38,417 bases of DNA from Candidatus Portnoybacteria bacterium RIFCSPLOWO2_01_FULL_43_11 (GTDB lineage: Bacteria; Patescibacteriota; Minisyncoccia; Portnoybacterales; UBA2143): positions 1 through 38,417 of the forward strand of contig MHNE01000015.1 in NCBI GenBank assembly GCA_001819605.1. Direction: 5' to 3'. The notes below the pieces were generated by a model. It saw only the letters and a program-made list of their open reading frames with translations. It was not told the DNA's origin and searched no databases. Of the stretch, positions 17,262 through 25,867 are shown piece after piece. The translations under genes were made by a program, and so were the position numbers. The stretch's first letter is position 1. Each line of letters opens with the position of its first letter.

Positions 17262-18569
17262 CTAGAACTCTGTGGATAACTTCCAAACATCCCCGGCGCC
17301 CATTGTTATAACTACATCATTTTTTTTAAGGTGTTTTTTTAAATAATTTGCCGTCTTGGGAATGTCAGGAATATAGTTCACCCTTGCTTGATGCTCAAGA
17401 ATTGATTTTACCAGGTCTTTTGAATGCACTCCCCCTCTTTTTTCCCGAGCCGAACCATAAATATCCAAAATTATCACTTCGTCGGCCATATTAAAAGAAC
17501 GGGCAAAATCATTTAAAAGAACTTTAGTTCTCGTAAAAGTATGAGGGTGGAAAACGCACCAAATTTTTCTATCAGGATAAAGTCGTTTAGCCGCCTTTAA
17601 AGTAACTCTCACTTCTGTTGGGTGATGAGCGTAATCGTCAATAATTAAAATTCCATTTTTGAGTTTTTTCCTAATTTCAAATCGCCGCGCTGTTCCCTTG
17701 AATCTTTCTAAAATCTCTTTAGCTTTTTTAACATCAAGACCTAACTCTCTGACTAAAGTTAAAACAGCCAAAGCGTTCAGCCGATTATGCTCGCCCGGCA
17801 ATTCTAAAAAAAGCTCGCCAAATTTTTTAAAATCTTCTTGACGATATAATAGAATTTTACAAGGCGTTTTCTCTATAACTTCTTTAATGGTTTTGTCGCC
17901 GCCCCAACCGATAAACAAGCCGTCCTTCGGCAGCCTGGAAATTAATTTTAAAAAAGATTCTTTATAATCCTTAAAACTTCTAAAAAAATCAGGGTGGTCG
18001 TATTCAATATTAGTTAAAATTAAAATTTTAGGCCGGTATTTTAAAAACTTATTTTGATATTCGTCTATTTCAGCCGCGAAGTATTTAGACCTGCCGACCC
18101 GGGCATTGCTTTTCCACTCTAAAACCTTACTTCCGACTATAACTGTCGGATCCAAACCCAACCCCTCTAAGACTCGGCCAAGCATTGCTGTCGTAGTGGT
18201 CTTGCCGTGGGTTCCCGCTACTCCCAAACCATAGCTCTCTTTAAAAAGTAAAGCTAAAATATCAGAATAAGAATAAACGAATTTTCCTTGTTTTTTAACA
18301 TATTTAATCTCCGGATGAGAATCTTTATAGGCGCTCGAAGCCACGATTAAATCCGCGTCTTTGGGAACATTTTTAACTTTAAACCCTTCAAAAACTTTTA
18401 TTTTCAATTTATTTAAAACTTCATCGGTAAAAAATTTCTCGTGGGTGTCAGAACCCGAAACTTCAATGCCCCGGCCCTTTAAAACTTGAGCCAAAGCAGT
18501 CATCCCCACTCCTTTAATCCCGATAAAATAAGCTTTTTTTGTTTTTGAGAGATTTATTATTTTTGTCAT
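17262..18569 (-). CDS. murC: UDP-N-acetylmuramate--L-alanine ligase
   Basis: FIGIKGVGM, GTHGKTTT, TNIEYDHPD, DDYAHHPTE, MGAGD. Start set at ATG 18569. Confidence 0.97.
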   Translation of the reverse strand: MTKIINLSKTKKAYFIGIKGVGMTALAQVLKGRGIEVSGSDTHEKFFTDEVLNKLKIKVFEGFKVKNVPKDADLIVASSAYKDSHPEIKYVKKQGKFVYSYSDILALLFKESYGLGVAGTHGKTTTTAMLGRVLEGLGLDPTVIVGSKVLEWKSNARVGRSKYFAAEIDEYQNKFLKYRPKILILTNIEYDHPDFFRSFKDYKESFLKLISRLPKDGLFIGWGGDKTIKEVIEKTPCKILLYRQEDFKKFGELFLELPGEHNRLNALAVLTLVRELGLDVKKAKEILERFKGTARRFEIRKKLKNGILIIDDYAHHPTEVRVTLKAAKRLYPDRKIWCVFHPHTFTRTKVLLNDFARSFNMADEVIILDIYGSAREKRGGVHSKDLVKSILEHQARVNYIPDIPKTANYLKKHLKKNDVVITMGAGDVWKLSTEF

Positions 18570-18622
18570 TTTATATTTAACTATTTCGTAAGCAAGCAAA
18601 TATACTTTAATATTTTTTCACT

Positions 18623-19315
18623 TTAATAAATTCTTGATTTAATCACCAACCAAGGAAATACCACAACGGCCTTAAAAATTCTTTTAACGCGCCGTGGCTC
18701 TTGAATCAATCGCCACAGCCATTCCAAACCAATAATCCTTAAAATCTTCGGCGCCCGGGGAATTTGCCCGGCTATAAAATCAAACGCGCCGCCAACGCCC
18801 ATCGCTAATTTAATTAAAGGCATTTTCCCTAAATTTTCAACTATCCATTTTTCCTGCTTTGGGGCGCCAAAAGCGACAAATAAAATACCTTGACTAAAAA
18901 GTACTTCCCGAGCCTCAAACGCCTTAATATTTAACAGGTAGTACTTCTTTTTTAAATTATTTACTACACTTTCCGCCACCCCCTCCCTGCCTCCTAATAA
19001 AAAAACCGGCCAATTTTTTCGGCTGGCCAAATTACAAATACTTTCAATTAAATCAACGCCGGTAATTCTCTGTTTTAAGGGCTGACCCAAAAACCAGGAA
19101 GCAAAAACCAAACCAACACCGTCCGCTACGGCCAAGTCCGCTTGATTCAAAATCTTTTTAAATTCATCGTCATTTTGAGCTTTAACTAAAAATTCCGGAT
19201 TAGCCGTGACAATATAATGCTGTTTTCCGTCCGTCATAAATCGCTCTACTTTTTTTAAGGCCTTGCTTGCGGTTAAATTATCAATTTTAACGTCAAGAAT
19301 CTTTATTTTAAGCAT
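18623..19315 (-). CDS. WecB/TagA/CpsF family glycosyltransferase
   Basis: VTANPE, VADGVG, RITGVDL, GAPKQEKW, GVGGAFD, GLEWLWRL. Confidence 0.95.
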   Translation of the reverse strand: MLKIKILDVKIDNLTASKALKKVERFMTDGKQHYIVTANPEFLVKAQNDDEFKKILNQADLAVADGVGLVFASWFLGQPLKQRITGVDLIESICNLASRKNWPVFLLGGREGVAESVVNNLKKKYYLLNIKAFEAREVLFSQGILFVAFGAPKQEKWIVENLGKMPLIKLAMGVGGAFDFIAGQIPRAPKILRIIGLEWLWRLIQEPRRVKRIFKAVVVFPWLVIKSRIY

Positions 19316-19331
19316 TAATAAATCAAAAGAA

Positions 19332-19514
19332 AGGATAGCTACTTACATTTTGCGAAATTGTGAAGTTTTGGAAACAGATAAACGAGTGGAGTCAGAAGGG
19401 GAGCCCGATGGAGGCCGCCTGAAAGGCGGCCGACATTGGAGGGGCATCCCCCTGACGGAACAAGTATTATCTGTCCAAAACGAAAGTATGAAGTAAAATG
19501 TAAGTAGCTATCCT
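19332..19514 (+). repeat. 183-nt palindromic element with perfect 20-bp terminal inverted repeats, overlapping the thpR stop
   Basis: AGGATAGCTACTTACATTTT (19332-19351) / AAAATGTAAGTAGCTATCCT (19495-19514). Inner stems: GTTTTGGA/TCCAAAAC, ACAGATAA/TTATCTGT, GTCAG/CTGAC, GGGGA/TCCCC. Apex GGCCGCC-TGAAA-GGCGGCC. Confidence 0.9.
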
Positions 19515-20074
19515 CCCAACGGTGTCGATTCTAAAACCACGTACTCCGCCCCATCTCTTAATAATCGGCTCTCCATTACTTCTATTGACTCAACTAAAAA
19601 AGACAAAGAAACTTCCTTTTCTATATTGGGCTTTGAGGGCATTAATCGCCACTCTCTCTGCCTGATTCTCGCCAAAGTAATGTGAGGACGAAAAGCCCGA
19701 ACTTCTTTACGATTGTAACCGCTCTGGTTTGAATCTAATAAATGACCTTCAAAATCATCTTTCAATTCAGCCAAAGCTAAATTTTCCTCCCCCTCCAGCC
19801 AAATTATCCGGGGAGAGCGGCCGGGCGGCCCAAAACAAATCCTTTTTAATTCAATTTCAAATGGTTGATGCCTCCTGCCTGTTTCTTTCGCTGTTTGACA
19901 AACCTCTAACATCTCTTCATCTCCGGCATAGCCGATAAAAACCAAAGTGATGTGAAGACTTTGCTTTTTAGTCCACCTGACCGGCAAGCTCGTCCACTCC
20001 TCTTGCCAATTTAATATTCTTTTCTTAATATATTCCGGCAAATTAATAGCCGCGAAGATCCGTCGTTTTTTCAT
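19508..20074 (-). CDS. thpR: RNA 2',3'-cyclic phosphodiesterase (2'-5' RNA ligase, 2H family)
   Basis: RIFAAI, two HxT motifs (LHITLVFIG, FRPHITLAR). Start set at ATG 20074; the upstream ORF-track extension overlaps the divergent gene. Confidence 0.95.
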   Translation of the reverse strand: MKKRRIFAAINLPEYIKKRILNWQEEWTSLPVRWTKKQSLHITLVFIGYAGDEEMLEVCQTAKETGRRHQPFEIELKRICFGPPGRSPRIIWLEGEENLALAELKDDFEGHLLDSNQSGYNRKEVRAFRPHITLARIRQREWRLMPSKPNIEKEVSLSFLVESIEVMESRLLRDGAEYVVLESTPLGG

Positions 20075-20125
20075 GTGTCGCCTTGTATTATACCTCTTTC
20101 TTGATATACTACAAGTATAATTACA

Positions 20126-20581
20126 ATGCCCAAGAAAAAAAATAAAAAACGGGGAATAAAAAAACAAAAAGAAACCGCAATCCAACAGATTGTTAATTAT
20201 TATTTCCATACCAAGGGTTTAAGTTTGAACCAGATTAAAAATAACGCTAAAAAAAGAAAGATAATTTATTCCCGATTCACTAGGCCGGCCAAACAGCTTT
20301 TGGAGCTGGCCGGGTCAATCAGAGCCGCGAAAAAAGCCGTCAGCAAAGTGGCTAAATGGGCCAAATCCAGAAATTTGGACTACGCCATTGAAACGGTCTT
20401 TAAAAAATGGCTGGAATTGGACAGATTAAAGCCAAAAGAAATCGTCAAGAAACCATTTTTTGACGATAATCCGATGATTTGGTCAGCGACTAAAAAGAAA
20501 TGGTATGTCATAAGAGACGATGGCCAATGGTTGGAATTCGCGGGCCAGGAATCAGAAATAGAATGGCGGATAATAAAATAA
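20126..20581 (+). CDS. Basic hypothetical protein
   Basis: 151-aa Lys/Arg-rich ORF divergent from thpR, followed by a terminator-like hairpin. Confidence 0.75.
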   Translation: MPKKKNKKRGIKKQKETAIQQIVNYYFHTKGLSLNQIKNNAKKRKIIYSRFTRPAKQLLELAGSIRAAKKAVSKVAKWAKSRNLDYAIETVFKKWLELDRLKPKEIVKKPFFDDNPMIWSATKKKWYVIRDDGQWLEFAGQESEIEWRIIK

Positions 20582-20606
20582 CCCTCAAGAAAATTACTCT
20601 TGAGGG
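20582..20606. terminator. Hairpin between convergent genes (likely terminator)
   Basis: CCCTCAAGA-AAATTAC-TCTTGAGGG, followed by TTATTTT on the minus strand. Confidence 0.65.
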
Positions 20607-20626
20607 CTAGAAAAAGATTTTAACCT

Positions 20627-20833
20627 TTAAGCCTTTTTAAAAATTATCATTATAGCCCCCACAAGAAGTGCAAACAACCAAAAAACTGTTAGAAGCGAAA
20701 GAAATAAGGATTTTTTAAGTTTGTTATTTATTTGAATACGACTTCCTCTTTCAAAGTCTTGGCAATATTCTTTTGCCACAATAAAAGAAAGAAAAAAACC
20801 CACTATTAAATACCCCATTATTAACCATTTCAT
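20627..20833 (-). CDS. Small two-TM hypothetical protein
   Basis: 68 aa, two hydrophobic segments, SD-like GAGGTG upstream. Confidence 0.65.
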   Translation of the reverse strand: MKWLIMGYLIVGFFLSFIVAKEYCQDFERGSRIQINNKLKKSLFLSLLTVFWLFALLVGAIMIIFKKA

Positions 20834-20876
20834 TTTATCTCACCTCTCTTTATTTTAAAAAGTTAAAAAAGAACAA

Positions 20877-21383
20877 ATGATTATCCCCATCCAAACTAAT
20901 CCTAATAATCCCATTTTACGGCAAAAAGCTAAAGAAGTCAAGGAAATTACCGCTGAAATTAAGCGGCTGATTTTAGATATGGAAGAAACCATGGAGAAAG
21001 CGGCCGGAGTCGGGCTGGCCGCGCCTCAAATTGGCCAATCGCTTCGGGTGCTCGTCGCCAAATCAAATGATGAACCCCGCACCTTTCGCGGACAAAGTAT
21101 TTTTGCGCGAAAACGCGGCCCGCAAAAGGTGCGGGGTGAAATCATCGCTCTGATTAATCCGGAAATTAAAAAATTTTCTCGGAAAAAAGTCGTGATGGAA
21201 GAAGGGTGTTTAAGCTTGCCTAAACAATTCTCTCTTATAGAGCGACCGGCTAAAATTAAAGTAAAAGGATTAACTGAAGAAGGCGAGAAAATTAAAATTA
21301 AAATAAACGGACTCTTAGCGCGGATTATCCAACACGAAATTGACCATTTGGACGGGATTTTAATTATAGATAGAATCAAATGA
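20877..21383 (+). CDS. def: Peptide deformylase
   Basis: GVGLAAPQIG, EGCLS, QHEIDHLDG. Confidence 0.98.
   Translation: MIIPIQTNPNNPILRQKAKEVKEITAEIKRLILDMEETMEKAAGVGLAAPQIGQSLRVLVAKSNDEPRTFRGQSIFARKRGPQKVRGEIIALINPEIKKFSRKKVVMEEGCLSLPKQFSLIERPAKIKVKGLTEEGEKIKIKINGLLARIIQHEIDHLDGILIIDRIK
21074..21137. repeat. Palindromic element inside def
   Basis: Perfect 13-bp inverted repeat ACCCCGCACCTTT / AAAGGTGCGGGGT, extended by GCGG/CCGC; encodes PRTFRGQSIFARKRGPQKVRG. Confidence 0.85.
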
Positions 21384-22342
21384 AAAAATTAAAAATTATA
21401 TTTATGGGCACCCCGGATTTTGCCGCGCCTGCTCTTAAGCAATTAGTCAGTAATAATTATGAAATTTCAGCGGTGATTACCGCGCCGGACAAACCGATCG
21501 GCAGAAAACAAGAAGTCACTCCCCCGCCCATTAAAAAACTGGCTCTTCAATATAAAATACCAGTTCTTCAGCCAGAAAAAATCTTAAACTCGTCTTGGCC
21601 GAAGCCAGATCTCAAATCTCAAATCTTAAATCTTAATCCTGATTTAATCGTGGTTTCCGCTTATGGAAAAATTATTCCAAAAGAAATTTTGGACATCCCC
21701 CAATACGGCTCTTTAAATATCCACCCTTCGCTTCTGCCTAAATATCGCGGCCCCTCGCCTATTCAATTCGCTATTTTAAACGGCGAAAAAATAACCGGCG
21801 CGACCATTATGCTCATGGACGAAAAAATGGATCACGGCCCGATTCTTGCTCAAGAAAAAATAGAAATTCCGTCAGACGAAACCAGCCAAACGCTTCATGA
21901 TAAATTAGCTCAATTAGGAGCTGATTTACTAATCAAAACTATTCCTCAATATGTTCAAGGCGAAATCAAACCAAAGCCGCAAGATGAAAAAAATGCCAGC
22001 TATACTAAAATATTAACCAGAGAAGACGGAAAAATTGACTGGCGAAAAAGCGCTGAAAGCATTGAACGGCAAATCAGGGCTTTTACTCCCTGGCCCGGGG
22101 CCTGGACCATTGACGGAAAAAGATTAAAAATCCTTAAGGCGAAAGTGGTGGATAAAAAAGACGGATTGACTTTTAAAACCAAAAGGGGTTATTTACTTTT
22201 AGAAATGGTCCAGCCCGAAGGCAAAAAAACAATGAGCGGCGAGGAATTCATAAGAGGTTATGGGCGAGGAAATATGCCCTTGAGCGACATAGAATTGCGA
22301 GCGGGCATGGTGCCGCCGAAGGCGGCGAGCGAGCAATTATAA
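21380..22342 (+). CDS. fmt: Methionyl-tRNA formyltransferase (C-terminus extended by a palindromic element)
   Basis: IFMGTPDFA, NIHPSLLPKYRGPSPIQ, MDHGPI, RAFTPWPGA, QPEGKK. Confidence 0.98.
   Translation: MKKLKIIFMGTPDFAAPALKQLVSNNYEISAVITAPDKPIGRKQEVTPPPIKKLALQYKIPVLQPEKILNSSWPKPDLKSQILNLNPDLIVVSAYGKIIPKEILDIPQYGSLNIHPSLLPKYRGPSPIQFAILNGEKITGATIMLMDEKMDHGPILAQEKIEIPSDETSQTLHDKLAQLGADLLIKTIPQYVQGEIKPKPQDEKNASYTKILTREDGKIDWRKSAESIERQIRAFTPWPGAWTIDGKRLKILKAKVVDKKDGLTFKTKRGYLLLEMVQPEGKKTMSGEEFIRGYGRGNMPLSDIELRAGMVPPKAASEQL
21579..21634 (+). repeat. Period-7 tract (AAATCTY) with embedded mini-hairpin inside fmt
   Basis: AAATCTT...TGGC-CGAA-GCCA, then AGATCTC AAATCTC AAATCTT AAATCTT (21607-21634). 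Confidence 0.75.
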
Positions 22343-22402
22343 CGAGCAAAAATTCTCGCTGGGAATTTTTGCGTTCGCTCAAGGGCATATTTCCTCGCCC
22401 AT
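22260..22402 (+). mobile_element. 143-bp MITE-like element with perfect 28-bp terminal inverted repeats
   Basis: ATGGGCGAGGAAATATGCCCTTGAGCGA (22260-22287) and its exact reverse complement (22375-22402). Internal hairpins GCCGCC-GAA-GGCGGC and GCAAAAATTC/GAATTTTTGC. Mobility is inferred. Confidence 0.75.
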
Positions 22403-22414
22403 TTGTCCAATATT

Positions 22415-23446
22415 ATGTCATTTTCAATCGGCATCATCGGCCTCCCTAATGTCGGCAAATCAACTTTATTCAAGGCCCTGACCAAACAGCCAGTGGATAT
22501 TTCCAATTACCCGTTTTGCACCATTGACCCGAATGTCGGCATAGTTAAAGTGCCTGATGAACGGCTTCTTAAAATAGCGGCCGTCATAAATCCCCAAAAA
22601 ATTACTCCCACTATCATAGAATTCGTTGATATTGCGGGCTTGGTTAAAAACGCTCACCTAGGCGAAGGATTGGGCAATCAATTTTTGGCCCGCATCCGGG
22701 AAACAGACGCAATCTGCCAAATTGCGCGGGCTTTTGAAAACGAAAATATAGTTCATACTGAAGGCCGGACCAACCCCAAAAGAGACATTGAAATTATTAA
22801 TAAAGAATTAATAATGAAAGACCTGGAAACAATAGAAAAAAGACTGGAAAAAACCAAAAAAGAAACTAAATCAGGCAATAAAGAAGCCACGCGAGAATTA
22901 GAAATCTTAAATAAAATTCATGAAATATTAAAAAGGGATAAAATGATATTAGAATATGAAACGGCTGAAATGAAACAAATAATTAAAGAACTTCAATTAC
23001 TGACCGCCAAGCCGATGATTTATGTTTTTAATGTCAGCGAACAGCCGATAAGCAGTGAAGAAAATATTGCGTCCATTAATCTTCAGCTTGAATCGGAACT
23101 TTCCGAGCTTGCGCCAGAAGAAATAAAAGAATTAGAACTGCCTCCTTCTAAACTCAATGAACTTATTAAAACTTGCTATCAGGCCCTAAATTTAATCACT
23201 TTCTATACGGTAACCGGCGGCAAAGAAACCCGGGCCTGGACACTTAAGAACGGCTTAAAAGCGCCTCAAGCCGGCGGGGTGGTTCATACTGATTTTGAAA
23301 AGAATTTTATCAGGGTTGAAGTAATTAACTGGCAAAAATTAGTTGAAGCCGGCGCTTGGTCTAAAGCCCGTGAAAAAGGCCGGCTCCAAACAGAAGGGAA
23401 AGATTATATTGTCAAAGACGGAGATGTTATTGAATTCAAGATATAA
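22415..23446 (+). CDS. ychF: Redox-regulated ATPase YchF
   Basis: GIIGLPNVGKST, NYPFCTIDPN, DIAGLV, GEGLGNQFL, EGKDYIVKDGD. Start set at ATG 22415. Confidence 0.98.
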   Translation: MSFSIGIIGLPNVGKSTLFKALTKQPVDISNYPFCTIDPNVGIVKVPDERLLKIAAVINPQKITPTIIEFVDIAGLVKNAHLGEGLGNQFLARIRETDAICQIARAFENENIVHTEGRTNPKRDIEIINKELIMKDLETIEKRLEKTKKETKSGNKEATRELEILNKIHEILKRDKMILEYETAEMKQIIKELQLLTAKPMIYVFNVSEQPISSEENIASINLQLESELSELAPEEIKELELPPSKLNELIKTCYQALNLITFYTVTGGKETRAWTLKNGLKAPQAGGVVHTDFEKNFIRVEVINWQKLVEAGAWSKAREKGRLQTEGKDYIVKDGDVIEFKI

Positions 23447-23450
23447 CCAC

Positions 23451-23479
23451 TTGACCCCGTTTATCTTCTTTGCTAACCT
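23451..23479 (+). promoter_or_regulatory. Sigma70 promoter of rpsF-ssb-rpsR (probably leaderless)
   Basis: TTGACC-17 nt(TGn)-TAACCT, then 6 nt to the ATG at 23486. Confidence 0.7.
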
Positions 23480-23485
23480 ATAACT

Positions 23486-23989
23486 ATGAATGACCAGCCA
23501 AAACTCTACCAACTCACCTATCTTCTTCCTCCTTCCTTAGATGAAAAAGGAGCAGTTGAAATTAGCCAAAAAATAAAAAAGTGGATTGAAGAAAAACAGG
23601 GAAAAACAGAAAAAGAAGAAACGGTCAATAAAAACTTGGCTTATCCGATTAAAAAATATCATCAAGCCGTCTATTCAAATTTATCTTTTCGAATAATCCC
23701 GGAGTTCATAAAAGAAATTCAAGAATATTTAAAATTAGAAAATAATATTTTACGATATGCGATTCAAAGAGAAATGCCCCGCCGTTCTCCGTCTAAGAGC
23801 GCGAAACCGGCCCGGGTAAAAATCGGACCGGCTAAAGTTTATCCGGACCGTGATTTATTCAGACAAGTTCACCTTAAAGAAGAAAAAACAAGGAAACCGA
23901 TAGAAAAACCGACCCCCGCCTCGCCGCAAAAAGAAAAAGTGAAATTAGAGGAGTTGGACAAAAAGCTGGAGGAAATATTAAAAGAGTAA
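23486..23989 (+). CDS. rpsF: 30S ribosomal protein S6 with long C-terminal extension
   Basis: YQLTYLLPP, LAYPIKK, ILRY; rpsF-ssb-rpsR synteny. Confidence 0.92.
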   Translation: MNDQPKLYQLTYLLPPSLDEKGAVEISQKIKKWIEEKQGKTEKEETVNKNLAYPIKKYHQAVYSNLSFRIIPEFIKEIQEYLKLENNILRYAIQREMPRRSPSKSAKPARVKIGPAKVYPDRDLFRQVHLKEEKTRKPIEKPTPASPQKEKVKLEELDKKLEEILKE

Positions 23990-24083
23990 TCACTAATCAA
24001 TCGCTAATTTTATCTCTAATAATCGCGAATAAAAAATTATTTATTAGAGGAAATTTGCGATAAAATTCGGGATTGATTAGGGA
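23990..24083. repeat. Inverted array of TCNCNAAT motifs (two 44-nt arms)
   Basis: Left arm 23990-24033 vs the reverse complement of 24040-24083 match at 34 of 44 positions by my manual alignment; four motif copies per arm. Confidence 0.8.
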
Positions 24084-24093
24084 TATAATACTT

Positions 24094-24624
24094 ATGAATT
24101 TCAATAAAGTCTTTATTGCCGGCAACCTGACTCGTGATCCCGAAGTAAGAGCCCTGCCTTCGGGCCAAACCGTGGTCTCGTTTGGGGTGGCGACTAACAG
24201 AGTCTGGACCAACCAAAGCGGGGAAAAACAGGAAGCGGCTGAATTCCATAATGTAGTCGCTTTTGGCAAATTAGCTGATATTTGTTCCCGTTATTTAAGT
24301 AAGGGGCGGCTGGTTTTAATTGAAGGCCGACTCCAAACTCGTTCCTGGCAGGGTCAAGACGGAATTAAAAAATACAAAACGGAAATTATTACCGATAATA
24401 TGCAGATGGGACCCCGCTTATCCGGCTCCTCCGGCGAAAACGACCAATTCAGAAAAAAAGAGAGAAGCGGCGATATGACCAAAGAAGAAATACCGGTTAT
24501 TGAAGCGGACGAACCGGCTTCGGAAGAATCATTCTCTTCTTACGAAAGCGATAAAGAAACCAAAGAAACTTTTACTGAAAGCGACGACAAAGGAGAGATA
24601 GAAGTAAAGGATATACCATTTTAA
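24094..24624 (+). CDS. ssb: Single-stranded DNA-binding protein
   Basis: NKVFIAGNLTRDPE, KGRLVLIEGRLQTRSW, acidic tail ending DIPF. Start set at ATG 24094. Confidence 0.98.
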   Translation: MNFNKVFIAGNLTRDPEVRALPSGQTVVSFGVATNRVWTNQSGEKQEAAEFHNVVAFGKLADICSRYLSKGRLVLIEGRLQTRSWQGQDGIKKYKTEIITDNMQMGPRLSGSSGENDQFRKKERSGDMTKEEIPVIEADEPASEESFSSYESDKETKETFTESDDKGEIEVKDIPF

Positions 24625-24628
24625 TATT

Positions 24629-24832
24629 ATGACAAAGTCTTGCTATTTTTGTCAGCAAAAAATCAGTGAAATCGATTATCAAAATACCGAACTTCTTCGG
24701 CAATTTATTTCTGGACAGGCAAAAATAATCTCGCCCAAAAGAACTGGCACCTGCGCCAAACATCAAAGAAAAATAGCTAATGCAATAAAAAGAGCCCGCG
24801 TTATGGGGCTATTGCCGTTTACGACTAGATAA
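24629..24832 (+). CDS. rpsR: 30S ribosomal protein S18 (Zn-binding form)
   Basis: CYFC...IDYQN...TGTCAKHQR...IKRARVMGLLPF. Confidence 0.97.
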   Translation: MTKSCYFCQQKISEIDYQNTELLRQFISGQAKIISPKRTGTCAKHQRKIANAIKRARVMGLLPFTTR

Positions 24833-24846
24833 TTTTATAATAAAAT

Positions 24847-25863
24847 CTATGCCTGCTCTTGAGCGGCTTTTTTTATTTTATTGGCGATTTCAGCGGCAAC
24901 TTTTGGATTTTCTTTAAGATAAACCTTTGAAGCTTCCATTCCTTGACCTAATTTCTGGTTTTCGTAATTAAACCAGGCGCCGCCTTTGTTTAATATTCCG
25001 TATTTAACGCCGGTATTTAATAAATCTCCGAGATATGAAATGCCCTGATTGTAAAAAATATCAAACTCGGCAGTTCTAAAAGGCGGAGCGACTTTGTTTT
25101 TAACTATCTTGGCCTTAACCCGATTGCCGATAATTTGCTCCCCTAATTTAATTTGAGCGGCTCGCTTAAGCTCTATTCTCACTGAAGAATAAAATTTCAG
25201 AGCCTTGCCGCCCGGCGTCGTTTCCGGATTCCCCCACATCACTCCTATTTTCGTTCTGATTTGATTGGTAAAAATAGTGGTGGTGCTGCTTTTAGCGGCG
25301 ATAGCGGTCAATTTTCTAAGCGCCTTTGACATTAAACGGGCCTGAAGTCCAATTTGCTGATCTCCCATCTCGCCCTCAATTTCCGCCCGCGGCGTTAAAG
25401 CGGCCACTGAATCCACAATCACCAAATCAACCACGCCGGATCTGACCAAACTCTCCACGATATCTAAGGCCTGCTCCCCGTTATCCGGCTGGGAAATTAA
25501 TAAATCATTTATTCTGACGCCGATTTTTTTAGCGTATTCTGGGTCTAAAGCATGTTCAGCGTCAATAAAAGCCGCCAAACCGCCTCTTTTTTGCGCTTCA
25601 GCCACGGTGTGTAAAACCACGCTTGTTTTTCCCGCGCTTTCCGGACCGAAAATTTCAATAATCCGGCCCTTTGGCATACCGCCCACGCCCAAAGCCAAAT
25701 CCAAAGAAATGGAACCAGTGGGAATAGCGTCTACTTCCACCCGTCTGGCTTCGCCTAATTTCATAATCGCGCCTTCGCCAAAACGATCTTTAATTTCAGC
25801 CACGGTCGCTTCTAAAATTTTTTGTTTTTCCTCTTTATCCTCCGCAGATTTATTCTTAACCAT
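24847..25863 (-). CDS. recA: Recombinase RecA
   Basis: [56 protein letters not shown]. Confidence 0.99.
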   Translation of the reverse strand: MVKNKSAEDKEEKQKILEATVAEIKDRFGEGAIMKLGEARRVEVDAIPTGSISLDLALGVGGMPKGRIIEIFGPESAGKTSVVLHTVAEAQKRGGLAAFIDAEHALDPEYAKKIGVRINDLLISQPDNGEQALDIVESLVRSGVVDLVIVDSVAALTPRAEIEGEMGDQQIGLQARLMSKALRKLTAIAAKSSTTTIFTNQIRTKIGVMWGNPETTPGGKALKFYSSVRIELKRAAQIKLGEQIIGNRVKAKIVKNKVAPPFRTAEFDIFYNQGISYLGDLLNTGVKYGILNKGGAWFNYENQKLGQGMEASKVYLKENPKVAAEIANKIKKAAQEQA

Positions 25864-25867
25864 AAGT

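Noticed and set aside
17271-17279. Perfect DnaA box TGTGGATAA next to an AT-rich spacer
   Set aside because: Single copy inside the murC coding sequence; no box cluster or dnaA nearby, so not called oriC.
19263-19496. 77-aa + strand ORF
   Set aside because: Overlaps the glycosyltransferase start and the palindromic element; no coding evidence.
20075-20209. N-terminal extension of thpR in the ORF track
   Set aside because: Overlaps the divergent gene and the promoter region; family similarity begins at MKKRRIF.
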